A stretch of 52,749 nucleotides of DNA, from NCBI GenBank assembly GCA_047624725.1, contig JBLHQB010000002.1, positions 1-52,749 of the forward strand, in the 5' to 3' direction. Shown piece after piece: positions 1-8,976 of this stretch. The stretch comes from Patiriisocius sp. (GTDB lineage Bacteria; Patescibacteriota; Minisyncoccia; Phycocordibacterales; UBA918). A program made the translations under genes and the position numbers. Every line of letters starts with the position of its first letter. The stretch's first letter is position 1. The notes beneath the pieces were generated by a model. That model was not told where the DNA came from. It saw only the letters and a program-made list of their open reading frames with translations, and searched no databases.

Positions 1-762
1 ACAGCTGAACTCACAAATGGTGTTCACACTCTTCAGATGCAAGTGAAGGCTGATGGTGATGTACGTACCGAGTCAGTGACATTTACCGTTGCTAATCAAC
101 CAGAACCAACACCAACACCAACACCAACACCAGAACCAACACCAACACCAACACCAGAACCAACACCAACACCAACACCAACACCAGAACCAACACCAGA
201 ACCAACACCAACACCAACACCAACACCAGAACCAACACCAGAACCAACACCAGAACCTGGTGATTCGGATGTTGTGTACTCCTATGGTTCATTTACTGCT
301 GATGGCGGATACGGAGGGGGAATTACTTCGCCCCACACATCAGATATGGAACTAGAATCTGGGACACTTAGCTTCGAATTTAAGACAACAGACACTGATG
401 AAAAGCAGTTCCTTATTGCTAAAGACAATTCTGTTGGAAAGCCTGACGGTCATATGGTTGTAATTAAAGTGTATGATGGTAATTTAGAAGTTATTTCACG
501 CAATGGCGACGCTTGGCAGAATGGGACAAAAGCAATTGATGCTAATACTTGGTATGAAGTAGTGGTAACCTTTGATGAAGATACAGTAACTGCGAAGCTC
601 AATGGTTATAAATTCTTTGAGACTAAATGGGACTTCCCTGGCTCAATGGAGAAGAATACATCTCCAATTACCATTGGGCATCACTGGTGGCTTGATGGGA
701 CGGTACTCACCCCTGAGCCTGCTATTCAAGGGACAATTAAAAATGTAGAATTAAGACGGTAA
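1..762 (+). CDS. Surface/secreted protein, 5'-truncated at window edge: Pro-Thr/Pro-Glu repeat linker followed by a LamG/concanavalin-like beta-sandwich domain
   Basis: Frame 1 is open from base 1, so the ATG at 37 is internal. About 70 codons of TPEP/TPTP repeat are followed by a ~165-aa globular tail (WYEVVVTFDEDTVTAKLNGY...) of LamG-lectin character. Stop at 760-762, then a stem-loop at 778-816. Confidence 0.6.
   Translation, partial: TAELTNGVHTLQMQVKADGDVRTESVTFTVANQPEPTPTPTPTPEPTPTPTPEPTPTPTPTPEPTPEPTPTPTPTPEPTPEPTPEPGDSDVVYSYGSFTADGGYGGGITSPHTSDMELESGTLSFEFKTTDTDEKQFLIAKDNSVGKPDGHMVVIKVYDGNLEVISRNGDAWQNGTKAIDANTWYEVVVTFDEDTVTAKLNGYKFFETKWDFPGSMEKNTSPITIGHHWWLDGTVLTPEPAIQGTIKNVELRR
98..257 (+). 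repeat. Tandem coding micro-repeat (CCAACA / CCAGAA units) encoding the PT/PE linker
   Basis: Near-perfect hexanucleotide reiteration visible directly. It generates spurious ORFs in the other frames (89..355, 92..292). Confidence 0.9.
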
Positions 763-873
763 AAGTTAGATTATAAAGCAACACAAAGACCGGCTCACGT
801 CGGTTTTTGTGTTGCTCAGTGGACGTATTTATGTTATTTTACGCATGTTATTAGGTAATTCTGAAATATAACA

Positions 874-1407
874 ATGTCAGAAGAAAATATGCCAGCAATC
901 GAAGTAAGTGAGCGTAACAGCTATGAACTTGCTTTCCACGTACTTCCAACGGTTGCTGAAGGGGAAGTGGCCGGTGTTTTTGAGGCAATCAAAACACTTA
1001 TTACTACAAACGGAGGTGAACTCGTTAGCGAGGAAGCTCCAGACCGATTCGATCTTGCATACGAGGTGATCAAACACATCGATGGAAAGAATCGGAAATT
1101 TACGAGTGCATACTTCGGTTGGGTACGGTTCATCAATGAACCTGAGTCTATCGAAGCTATTATGGAAGTAATGGATGCTGATTCAGCACTCTTGCGACAC
1201 CTACTTATTAAATTAAGTAAGGTTGAAGCAGCTGAACCATTCATGCTCCACGAAGCACTTGAATCTCACAAAATGGTTTCTACTGTTGATGAAGCTCCTA
1301 AGAAGGAAGCTCCAAAAACTGAAGCTGTAAAGGAAGAAGTTAAAGCTGAAGAAGCTCCTGTTGCTGAAGTGAAAGAAGAGACTTCAACAGAGGAGAAAAC
1401 AGCGTAA
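874..1407 (+). CDS. rpsF: 30S ribosomal protein S6 with Lys/Glu/Ala-rich C-terminal extension
   Basis: S6-like core (YELAFHVLP...RFDLAYEV...YFGWVRF) and the canonical rpsF-ssb-rpsR order. Confidence 0.9.
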   Translation: MSEENMPAIEVSERNSYELAFHVLPTVAEGEVAGVFEAIKTLITTNGGELVSEEAPDRFDLAYEVIKHIDGKNRKFTSAYFGWVRFINEPESIEAIMEVMDADSALLRHLLIKLSKVEAAEPFMLHEALESHKMVSTVDEAPKKEAPKTEAVKEEVKAEEAPVAEVKEETSTEEKTA

Positions 1408-1434
1408 TCTTTTATCTAGCGTAATCAAAATTCT

Positions 1435-1893
1435 ATGTTCCTGAACAAAGCAATGATCTACGGAAATCTCACACGAGATCCTGAAATGAAAGCACTTCCA
1501 AGCGGTATGAACGTTACGGCGTTCTCACTTGCGACTAATCGTCGATACAAGGACCGTGATGGTAATTACCAAGACGCAGCTGACTATCACAACATTGTGG
1601 TATTTGGTCGCCAGGCTGAAACAAGTTCGCAATACCTTAAGAAGGGGGCAAGCGCATATGTTGAAGGACGTATTCAAACACGTTCTTGGGAAAAAGATGG
1701 TGTGAAGCAATACCGAACAGAGATCGTTGCTGAACGGGTTCAATTTGGACCTAAAGGAGCAGGAGGAGAGGAAGGGGCACCAAGTGGAGCTCCTGCGGCA
1801 GCAGCAACGCCAAGTGCGGCAGCTGATGCTGTTGCGCCTGCTGCGCCTGATTATCCAGAGGAAGACATTAACCCAGAAGACATCCCATTTTAA
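1435..1893 (+). CDS. ssb: Single-stranded DNA-binding protein
   Basis: OB-fold SSB core (IYGNLTRDPEMK...YHNIVVFGRQAE...VEGRIQTRSWE), a Gly/Ala/Pro tail and an acidic tip ending ...PEDIPF. Confidence 0.93.
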   Translation: MFLNKAMIYGNLTRDPEMKALPSGMNVTAFSLATNRRYKDRDGNYQDAADYHNIVVFGRQAETSSQYLKKGASAYVEGRIQTRSWEKDGVKQYRTEIVAERVQFGPKGAGGEEGAPSGAPAAAATPSAAADAVAPAAPDYPEEDINPEDIPF

Positions 1894-1914
1894 AGAATTG
1901 AATAAAATCACTTA

Positions 1915-2001
1915 CCTTGCTTCGTTGTACTGCATAAAATTTTGTTCACCGTACCGACGTACGACTCACAATATTCTATTTGCACGCCTCGCAGGGCAAG
2001 C
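1915..2001 (+). repeat. Conserved ~90-nt intergenic motif, copy 1 (ssb-rpsR spacer)
   Basis: Shares TGCTTCGTTG (1918-1927), a central CCGTAC-loop-GTACG hairpin and CGCCTCGCA (1985-1993) with 14846-14938. Spacing between the conserved blocks is the same (67 vs 68 nt). Confidence 0.7.
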
Positions 2002-2109
2002 AATTTAATCCAATTCTCATTATCTGGAGATGGACAAAGGAAATAGAAGTTACAACTGAAATTTGAAATTGAAATTTATTAGCTAACTACACTACTATGA
2101 CAGAGGATG

Positions 2110-2145
2110 AATGAAGAAAGGAGCGAAAGCGACTATTCTGAATTT
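2110..2145 (+). repeat. Modular intergenic repeat family, L module only
   Basis: AATGAAGAAAGGAGCGAAAGCGACTATTCTGAATTT recurs at 8650, 13942 and, on the minus strand, at 25231-25268 and 27766-27810. Confidence 0.85.
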
Positions 2146-2209
2146 AGTTTTAAGTACAAATGTACTTGGAACACGTCTCTCGGTGGTAAGTTATAAAATA
2201 TAACCAATC

Positions 2210-2416
2210 ATGACTGAAGAAAAAGTAATGAAGCAATCTCCAAACCCAAACCATGTTGACTACAAAGACATCATGCGTTTGAAGGGGAACATCAACCCAC
2301 ACGCACGTATGTACAACCGACGACGTACTGGGTTGTCTGCAAAGGGACAGCGAAACTTCGCGCGAGCTATCAAGCGAGCACGATTTATGGCATTAGTGCC
2401 TTACGTATCTGAATAG
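2210..2416 (+). CDS. rpsR: 30S ribosomal protein S18
   Basis: VDYKD...LKGNINPHARMYNRRRTGLSAKGQRNFARAIKRARFMALVPY is a typical S18. Confidence 0.93.
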   Translation: MTEEKVMKQSPNPNHVDYKDIMRLKGNINPHARMYNRRRTGLSAKGQRNFARAIKRARFMALVPYVSE

Positions 2417-2434
2417 ATATCTATGTTTGAACAC

Positions 2435-2467
2435 AAAAAACCGACAAGTATGACTTGTCGGTTTTTT
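2435..2467 (+). terminator. Intrinsic terminator after rpsR
   Basis: AAAAAACCGACAAGT-ATG-ACTTGTCGGTTTTTT: a GC-containing stem followed by a T-run. Confidence 0.8.
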
Positions 2468-2780
2468 GTTTGCACGTATACTAAAAATGGAATAGAAAAT
2501 AGGGAAGATTAAAATGTTCTGCATTAAAAGATTGTTAAACAAAATTTTTCCAAGTAGGGAAGAATATATCCGTGATCTACCGAGAAGGGTCAAAGAAGCT
2601 AATCAGTTGAGAGGAAGGTACATAGCTGCCCACGTAGGCGGTGGAAGTAGAAGTGTTTTAATTTCTCAAGGGAAAATGCATGATACTGAAAAAATGAATT
2701 TGCTGTATGGCACACAGGCACCACGGCACAGATGGTAATAAAAGGGCTAGCATTTCTGCTAGCCCTTTTCTATTTTAGAC

Positions 2781-3356
2781 CTACGCCTTACTTACTCGTT
2801 CTGAGTACTGACCAGACTCGGTATTAATTGCGATCACGTCACCTTGGTTAATGAACATGGGTGCGAATACGACGTATCCGGTTTCCAGTGTTACTTCTTT
2901 TTTAGCGTCGCTGCTACTGTTGCCTTTAACTGCGTCCATTGCTTCAGTTACTTTTAGCTCCACCTTGATAGGGGTACTGACGCTCATGATGTCGTCGTTG
3001 AATACGATTGCTTCAACGATACTGTTTTCTACTACGTAGTTACCGAGTGCTCCTACGACTTCTTCGCCGAAGCTAAATCGGTCACCAGGGTTGGTAGGAG
3101 GGCAGAAGAAGTACTCTCCTTTGTTTGAGTACAGAAACTTTACATCTCTCTTTTCAATGTATGCCTCTTCAAGCACATCAGCTTGGTGGAATGTGCGGTC
3201 GACTACGCCACCAGTACGGAGGTTCTTCATCTTCACTGCGTTACTGGCTTTCTGTCGATCTTTCTTAGAGATGCTTGAGGTGAGTACAAGAAAGGGATCG
3301 TTGTCCATGATCACGGTTCGCTTTGGGAGTATTTGGTTGTATTCAACTTTAGCCAT
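2781..3356 (-). CDS. efp: Elongation factor P
   Basis: 191 aa with EF-P motifs (KMKNLRTGGVVDRTF...VKFLYSNKGEYFF...VELKVTEA...KEVTLETG). A bidirectional terminator lies at 2740-2769. Confidence 0.92.
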   Translation of the reverse strand: MAKVEYNQILPKRTVIMDNDPFLVLTSSISKKDRQKASNAVKMKNLRTGGVVDRTFHQADVLEEAYIEKRDVKFLYSNKGEYFFCPPTNPGDRFSFGEEVVGALGNYVVENSIVEAIVFNDDIMSVSTPIKVELKVTEAMDAVKGNSSSDAKKEVTLETGYVVFAPMFINQGDVIAINTESGQYSERVSKA

Positions 3357-3640
3357 ACTGAGTATATTACATTAGACCAAAAGTATAGTATAAACATAGT
3401 TTTGTGGCAATTCTTCTGGATTGCCGCGGCTGACACCTCGTAAGGACGGAAGGGTGGAGGTTTTGTCCTATTACAAGGTCGGTCCTTGTAATTATGTATT
3501 GAACTTGTAGGAGGTGGTGATTCTGTGCCAGGAGTCTCCTGGCTCACTGTTGTGTGAAGGGTAACCCTTACACAATAATGTATTGAACCTTATACTTTGG
3601 ATACTGCAACTACTTAGAATTCTGCTGAGTGTTAGTATGT

Positions 3641-4243
3641 ATGTACATGTTAGGTTTTACTACTACTGAAAATGCGAAGGAGTTGTCTGACGAGGAGATT
3701 TTACAGCGCTCGCAAAAGGAGCCTTGGATTTATGCGGTGTTGCTTGATCGGTATCAGGCGGCTTTTATGCGTAAGGCGCAGAGTATTGTGCGTAATGAGC
3801 TTGATGCTGAGGAGGTGGTGCAGGATGCTTTTACGAAGATTTATATGAATGCGGATAAATTTGAGCCGCAAGAGGGGGCGAAGTTTAGTTCGTGGGCGTA
3901 TCGCATTTTGATGAACACGGCGTTTACGAGGTATCAGAAGAAGGTGAAGGAGGGACAGCGGTTTGTGAATATTGATCCTGAGTATGAGCATATGGTTGGC
4001 GATGGTATTGCGCATGCGGCACTGCATGAACGTGAGGATGCGATTGAGCGAGTACTCGGGCGTATGCCAGGACACTTTGTGTATGTGTTGCGTTTGCATT
4101 ATCTTGAGCGTTGGCCGCATCAGGCTATTGCGCAGGAGACAGGTGAGACGGTAGGGACAGTGAAGGCGAGGATTCATCGTGCGAAGGCTGCGTTTCGTAA
4201 GGAGGTGGGGGATGATGAGACTGTTACGCTGCTCTCTGACTAA
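3641..4243 (+). CDS. ECF-type RNA polymerase sigma-70 family factor
   Basis: Region 2 (DAEEVVQDAFTKIYMNADKF...FSSWAYRILMNTAF) and region 4 HTH (HQAIAQETGETVGTVKARIHRAKAAFRKE). The start is ambiguous: GTG 3629, ATG 3641 or ATG 3647. ATG 3647 sits 8 nt after a TAGTAT -10-like box. Confidence 0.85.
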   Translation: MYMLGFTTTENAKELSDEEILQRSQKEPWIYAVLLDRYQAAFMRKAQSIVRNELDAEEVVQDAFTKIYMNADKFEPQEGAKFSSWAYRILMNTAFTRYQKKVKEGQRFVNIDPEYEHMVGDGIAHAALHEREDAIERVLGRMPGHFVYVLRLHYLERWPHQAIAQETGETVGTVKARIHRAKAAFRKEVGDDETVTLLSD

Positions 4244-4331
4244 TTTACCCGTAACCTTTTTAAGGTGTGCTAAGTATTAATAAGTGCTCTACAACGACGG
4301 AAGAGAAGTGTGGGTTGTACAGAATATATTT

Positions 4332-4658
4332 ATGAAAATGAAAACAAGCTATAACCAGATACAAAAGCGTATTATGCGACGAGTATACTATGCTTTTGGG
4401 GTGCGTCTTGCGACACATAGTATTACGTTGCATATGGTGGTGCTCGCTGTGGCTGCGTATGTACTGACACAGTTGGTGCACGTTGCTTCGGTGTTGGAGA
4501 ACGTGGCGAGTGTGCAGATGGGGGAGCTGGCCGGGTATTTGCAGCAGACTCTGACTCAGGCTGATGTTACGACATTGGCGGTGATTGGGATCGCGACCTT
4601 TACAGCACTCTCGCTTCCATTGCGACTGCCAAACTATCAGAAGATGCAGACGATTTAG
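4332..4658 (+). CDS. Small membrane protein downstream of ECF sigma (possible anti-sigma factor)
   Basis: 108 aa with two hydrophobic helices, immediately after the sigma gene. The function is inferred from position only. Confidence 0.45.
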   Translation: MKMKTSYNQIQKRIMRRVYYAFGVRLATHSITLHMVVLAVAAYVLTQLVHVASVLENVASVQMGELAGYLQQTLTQADVTTLAVIGIATFTALSLPLRLPNYQKMQTI

Positions 4659-4753
4659 TTGGACGAACATGTTCGCGAAAACATAGTAACAAGGACCGTG
4701 GGGACACGGTTCTTTTTGTGTGTGGTGACGCATGCTGGATTGCCGCGCTTGGT

Positions 4754-4813
4754 CTTCTTACAGAAGCTGTTCAGGTTGTCGCTATTGGCATAGCTGGCAA
4801 CCTCTTGCGAAAG
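4754..4813 (+). repeat. Modular intergenic repeat family, H module only
   Basis: CTTCTTACAGAAGCTGTTCAGGTTGTCGC...GCTGGCAACCTCTTGCGAAAG matches 14054-14112 and, with an enlarged loop, 23139-23264. The internal stem is AGGTTGTC/GGCAACCT. Confidence 0.8.
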
Positions 4814-4895
4814 TGTGCAAACACTTTCTCCGCAAAGACGGGTGGGGGGTAAAGAAAAAAACACCCATGGGGTGTTTTTTCTTTTGTCGTGATAC

Positions 4896-6008
4896 TTACT
4901 TTGTATCTTCTTTCATACTCTTTCGAATATTCTTCAACAACTCGTTGGTTAGCTTCTTGTCTGCTTTAAGAGTCTTTCTTGCTGCGTCGTATCCGCGGCC
5001 GAGTTTGATGATTGTTGACTCATCTCCGCCTGGTGGAGTGTAGCTGTATGATGCTCCTGCTTTGGCTACCATGCCGTACTTTTCTCCGAGTGCGAGGAGT
5101 TCTCCTTCTCGTGAGATTCCTTCTCCGTAGATGAGGTCGAATTCGGTTGTTCTAAACGGTGCGGCCACCTTGTTCTTTACTACCTTTACGCGGTGACGTC
5201 CTCCTACTACTTCGTCACCTTTCTTGATCTGCGCGATACGTCGGATGTCCATACGTACTGAAGTATAGAACTTAAGTGCCTTTCCTCCTGGGGTTGTTTC
5301 GGGGTTGCCGAACATTACACCGATCTGCATACGGATCTGGTTAATGAAGATTACGGACGTCTTTCCTTTGGCTACGATCGCAGTGAGCTTTCGTAGAGCT
5401 TGACTCATCAATCGTGCTTGCTTTCCTACATGGTGTGCTCCCATTTCTCCTTCAATTTCGTCTTTAGGAGTTAGCGCAGCAACGGAGTCGATTACGATTA
5501 CGTCAATTTTCCCGCTTCGTACAAGAGATTCTACGATCTCAAGAGCTTGTTCTCCTGTGTCAGGTTGCGAGATGAGGAGTTCATCGAGCTTTACACCGAT
5601 GTTTTTTGCGTACTCTGGGTCCATTGCATGCTCTGCATCGATAAAGGCACAGATCCCACCTTCTTTTTGTGCTTCGGCAATTGCGTGAAGCGATAGGGTA
5701 GTCTTTCCGGAAGATTCTGGTCCGTAGATCTCGATGATTCGTCCTCGGGGGATACCACCGATACCTAGAGCGTCATCTAGGCCGATTGATCCTGTTGAAA
5801 TCGCGTCGATGTCTACATGTTTGGTTTCATCAAGTGTCATGATGACCTCGTCACCAAACTTAGTCTTAAGACTTCGGAGAGTTTCTGAGATGTCTTTAGA
5901 ATGCTTCGTTTCTTCTTTCGTAGCTGCCTTGGGTGTAGCTGTAGTTTCTTCAACTTCCTCTTTCTCGACTTTCTTTGGTGCTGCTTTAGCTGCTTTTTTA
6001 ATTGCCAT
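4896..6008 (-). CDS. recA: Recombinase RecA with ~35-aa Lys/Glu-rich N-terminal extension
   Basis: Walker [11 protein letters not shown], plus [16 protein letters not shown] and [28 protein letters not shown]. Confidence 0.97.
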   Translation of the reverse strand: MAIKKAAKAAPKKVEKEEVEETTATPKAATKEETKHSKDISETLRSLKTKFGDEVIMTLDETKHVDIDAISTGSIGLDDALGIGGIPRGRIIEIYGPESSGKTTLSLHAIAEAQKEGGICAFIDAEHAMDPEYAKNIGVKLDELLISQPDTGEQALEIVESLVRSGKIDVIVIDSVAALTPKDEIEGEMGAHHVGKQARLMSQALRKLTAIVAKGKTSVIFINQIRMQIGVMFGNPETTPGGKALKFYTSVRMDIRRIAQIKKGDEVVGGRHRVKVVKNKVAAPFRTTEFDLIYGEGISREGELLALGEKYGMVAKAGASYSYTPPGGDESTIIKLGRGYDAARKTLKADKKLTNELLKNIRKSMKEDTK

Positions 6009-6077
6009 ATATTTTCTAGTTAGTGACTAAAGTCTATCATGAGGTGAACGATCGTACACCACGTAAGGTGTGGAGAT

Positions 6078-6455
6078 CTATTTTGCTTTCTCTGGGGCAT
6101 ATACAAACTCTTGTGTATATGAACTCGAGCTACCGTAGCGGTCGTGGGCCTGCAGTGTTGCTACAGTGTATCCGTTTTCAAGCACAAGCGTTTCGTTAAA
6201 GTACCCACTTTTGTCGGTGTAGATTTGTCGTCCGTTGAGGGTCATGCGCACGATGTTTTGTGCGTTGCCTTCAAGGATGACTTGCCGTGAGCTTTGCAAG
6301 GTCTCGGGCTGGTTGATGAAGGCCACTTCGGGACCGGCCAAGATAAATCGTGCTTGAAACAGTGCGTATCCTACAAACAAACTGGCTAGGGCGGCAAGAA
6401 AAAGGTAGTAGAGTATGCCGCGAAAGGTGATTGTTTGAGAGATAATAGGGGACAT
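6078..6455 (-). CDS. Hypothetical N-terminally membrane-anchored protein
   Basis: 125 aa with one N-terminal TM helix. It abuts the ftsK stop, suggesting co-transcription. Confidence 0.5.
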   Translation of the reverse strand: MSPIISQTITFRGILYYLFLAALASLFVGYALFQARFILAGPEVAFINQPETLQSSRQVILEGNAQNIVRMTLNGRQIYTDKSGYFNETLVLENGYTVATLQAHDRYGSSSSYTQEFVYAPEKAK

Positions 6456-6457
6456 GG

Positions 6458-8647
6458 CTATGTGTATTGTGAATCATTCTCCTCAGGTTCGTCACCAGCT
6501 CCCATATCAGAGATAAGAATCTCTCGAGCCTTTGATCCGTCCTGCGGGCCAATGACACCTTTATCTTCTAGGATGTCCATCAGGCGTGCTGCTCGGGAGT
6601 ATCCTACTCGTAGTTTTCGTTGGAGGTATGAGGTTGATGCTTTTCCTGCGTCGATTACTGCCTGACGAGCGTCATCGTAGAGGTCGTCAGTATCCTCATC
6701 ATCAGCCATAGAGCTAAAGAACGCGTCAGGGTTACTCCCTTCACTGTCGCCATCAAGGTCGATTGAATCGAGCTCTTGCGCGCTATCTTGGTTGGTTAGG
6801 TAATCTACGACGTTCTTAAGCTCTTCTTCTGAGATGTATGCGGATTGTAGCCGTACTGGCTTTGAGAGTTCTCCCGAGAGGAAGAGGGTATCTCCAGCTC
6901 CCAGTAGCTTCTCTGCACCTACCTGGTCAAGAATGGTTCGTGAGTCGATCTGTGAGGCCACCTGTAGCGCGATTCGACTTGGGATGTTGGCCTTGATTGT
7001 CCCGGTAATTACGTTTACTGATGGTCGCTGTGTTGCGAGGAGTAAGTGAATACCTACGGCTCGACTCATTTGAGCTAAGCGTACAATCGCTGCTTCAAGT
7101 TCTCGTGGGTAGGCCTGCATAAGGTCAGCAAGCTCATCCATAACAATAACGATGTAGGGAAGTGGTTCTGGGAGTTCGTCTTTCTGGTCTTCTGGCTCTC
7201 CGTCTTCAACGAACTTTGCTTTTGCTGGCTTGTAGACGTTTTCGTGGTATGAGCCTAAGTCCCGTACTTTTTTGGATTGCAGGATGTCGTACCGCCGCTC
7301 CATTTCCTTGATTGCCCATTTTAGGGACAGGATGGACTTCTTTGCGTCGGTAATAACAGGGGTCAGGAGGTGTGGGATTCCATCGTAGAGGGTTAATTCT
7401 ACTCGCTTTGGATCAACCATGATGAATCGTAGTTGCTCGGGTGAGTTCCTATATAGGAGTGAAGTGACAATTGCATGGATGGTTACTGACTTTCCAGACC
7501 CAGTAGTACCTGCGATAAGACCGTGAGGCATTTTTGCTACGTCAGCAAAGTGTGCCTTTCCTGTGATGTCTCGTCCGAGCGCTACCTGTAGTGGCTTTGG
7601 TGAATCGGTGTACTCGGGAGAGGTGAGGAGCGACGCAAGACCGATCATTGCTTTTTGTGTGTTTGGTACCTCGATACCTACTAATGACTTCCCGGGGATT
7701 GGTGCTTCGATTCGAAGAGGGGATGCGGCTAGCGCGAGTTCGAGGTTGTTTTGTAGTCCGACGATTTTTGAGATTCGCACGCCTTCAGCTGGTTTTAGTG
7801 CGTATCGGGTTACTGAGGGTCCGATAGATACTTCATCCATCTCTACATCGATCTTGAAGTTCTTGAGTGTTCGTTTGATGATGTTAGCGTTAGCCTTCAC
7901 ATCACCTACTTTGGCCTTCCCTTTGTCTTTTTGTAGGAGTGATAGGGGAGGAGGTGCATAGGTCCCGGTGAAGTTTGAAACGGTGAAATCGGCATCTTTG
8001 GTGAGTCCGAGTCGTTCGGTCACGGTCTTTGATTTCTTCACTGGTTTTTCCTCAGCTTCTTCTGGCTCTTCTTCAATTTCCTCGGGTCCTGCATCTTCGG
8101 GGATCTCGAGTTGTGCGATGTCTGCGTCGTTCTCAAGAACCTCTTTCTCCTTTTTCTTAAGGAAGCCTGGCATCTGGAGACCTGTATTGAAGGTAAGGAA
8201 GATACCTACTAATAGTATTGCACCAATGACGAATCCTGCTGCGACACCTCCCATGAGGTAATACAGTGGTGCTTCAATCAGCCATCCCGCGATACCCCCT
8301 GCTCCTTCTTTGGAGAGCGTCAGGAATCCGAGTGTCGTAAAGAACAGGAGTGCAATACCGATGATCTTAGAGGTGCTCACTTCTTCGTCTTCTTTAGGAT
8401 TGAGTAGTGCATATACATAGAACCCACACACAAAAGGTGCGAGATACGCGCCGCCTCCAAAGAGGTAGTTAAGTGCTGCGCGAGCCCATTCTCCAACCAT
8501 GCCAGCGAAGTCGAATAATGAGAGGGTAAAGAATATCCCTAATACTACAAATCCAACCGCGCCAATTGCTTGCTTAGCTTGCGGAGAAAGGTCGTCGAAG
8601 AAGGGACGTCGCTCTGCCTTTTTAGGTTTTTTCTTGCTCTTAGCCAT
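6458..8647 (-). CDS. ftsK: DNA translocase FtsK/SpoIIIE
   Basis: N-terminal TM helices, an acidic linker, Walker A GTTGSGKS, Walker B VIVMDELADL and a C-terminal winged-helix gamma domain (YLQRKLRVGYSRAARLMD). I prefer the ATG at 8647 over the TTG at 8650. Confidence 0.95.
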   Translation of the reverse strand: MAKSKKKPKKAERRPFFDDLSPQAKQAIGAVGFVVLGIFFTLSLFDFAGMVGEWARAALNYLFGGGAYLAPFVCGFYVYALLNPKEDEEVSTSKIIGIALLFFTTLGFLTLSKEGAGGIAGWLIEAPLYYLMGGVAAGFVIGAILLVGIFLTFNTGLQMPGFLKKKEKEVLENDADIAQLEIPEDAGPEEIEEEPEEAEEKPVKKSKTVTERLGLTKDADFTVSNFTGTYAPPPLSLLQKDKGKAKVGDVKANANIIKRTLKNFKIDVEMDEVSIGPSVTRYALKPAEGVRISKIVGLQNNLELALAASPLRIEAPIPGKSLVGIEVPNTQKAMIGLASLLTSPEYTDSPKPLQVALGRDITGKAHFADVAKMPHGLIAGTTGSGKSVTIHAIVTSLLYRNSPEQLRFIMVDPKRVELTLYDGIPHLLTPVITDAKKSILSLKWAIKEMERRYDILQSKKVRDLGSYHENVYKPAKAKFVEDGEPEDQKDELPEPLPYIVIVMDELADLMQAYPRELEAAIVRLAQMSRAVGIHLLLATQRPSVNVITGTIKANIPSRIALQVASQIDSRTILDQVGAEKLLGAGDTLFLSGELSKPVRLQSAYISEEELKNVVDYLTNQDSAQELDSIDLDGDSEGSNPDAFFSSMADDEDTDDLYDDARQAVIDAGKASTSYLQRKLRVGYSRAARLMDILEDKGVIGPQDGSKAREILISDMGAGDEPEENDSQYT

Positions 8648-8649
8648 CA

Positions 8650-8788
8650 AATGAAGAAAGGAACGGCAGTGACTATTCTGAATTTAATTCCCAATTTCAC
8701 ACGCTGCATACAGGATTTGTGTCGTTCTGCAATTAAGAGGTCCTGCACAGAGGCATAACGCTATCTTAATATAGGTGAAATTGCTGGA
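8650..8788 (+). repeat. Modular intergenic repeat family: L module + stem arms around a ~75-nt insert
   Basis: AATGAAGAAAGGAACGGCAGTGACTATTCTGAATTT, then CCCAATTTCAC ... GTGAAATTGCTGGAA. It begins 2 nt from the ftsK start codon. Confidence 0.8.
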
Positions 8789-8976
8789 AAACAGGGTCAC
8801 TCCATTCACAATATTATGAATAAATAATACCTACATTCTACCATAATGACCTTAGGGACATCCCTTGAATAATCGAGGTTTATAGGCGTATTTGGGACAT
8901 TGCAAGTCTTATAGAAAGGTGTATAGTACATAGAGATTGTCCTAAAGAAACATTAGAAGCTATCAAGGACACCACT

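Noticed and set aside
89-355. ORFs 89..355 (+) and 92..292 (-) encoding poly-(HQ/NQ) and poly-(LV) peptides
   Set aside because: They are alternative-frame readings of the CCAACA/CCAGAA tandem repeat. The frame-1 reading continues into a globular domain and is the real one.
2514-2738. 74-aa basic ORF between the rpsR terminator and the efp terminator
   Set aside because: There is no recognisable motif. Weak start context is the only support. It could be a real small protein, but I cannot support it from sequence alone.
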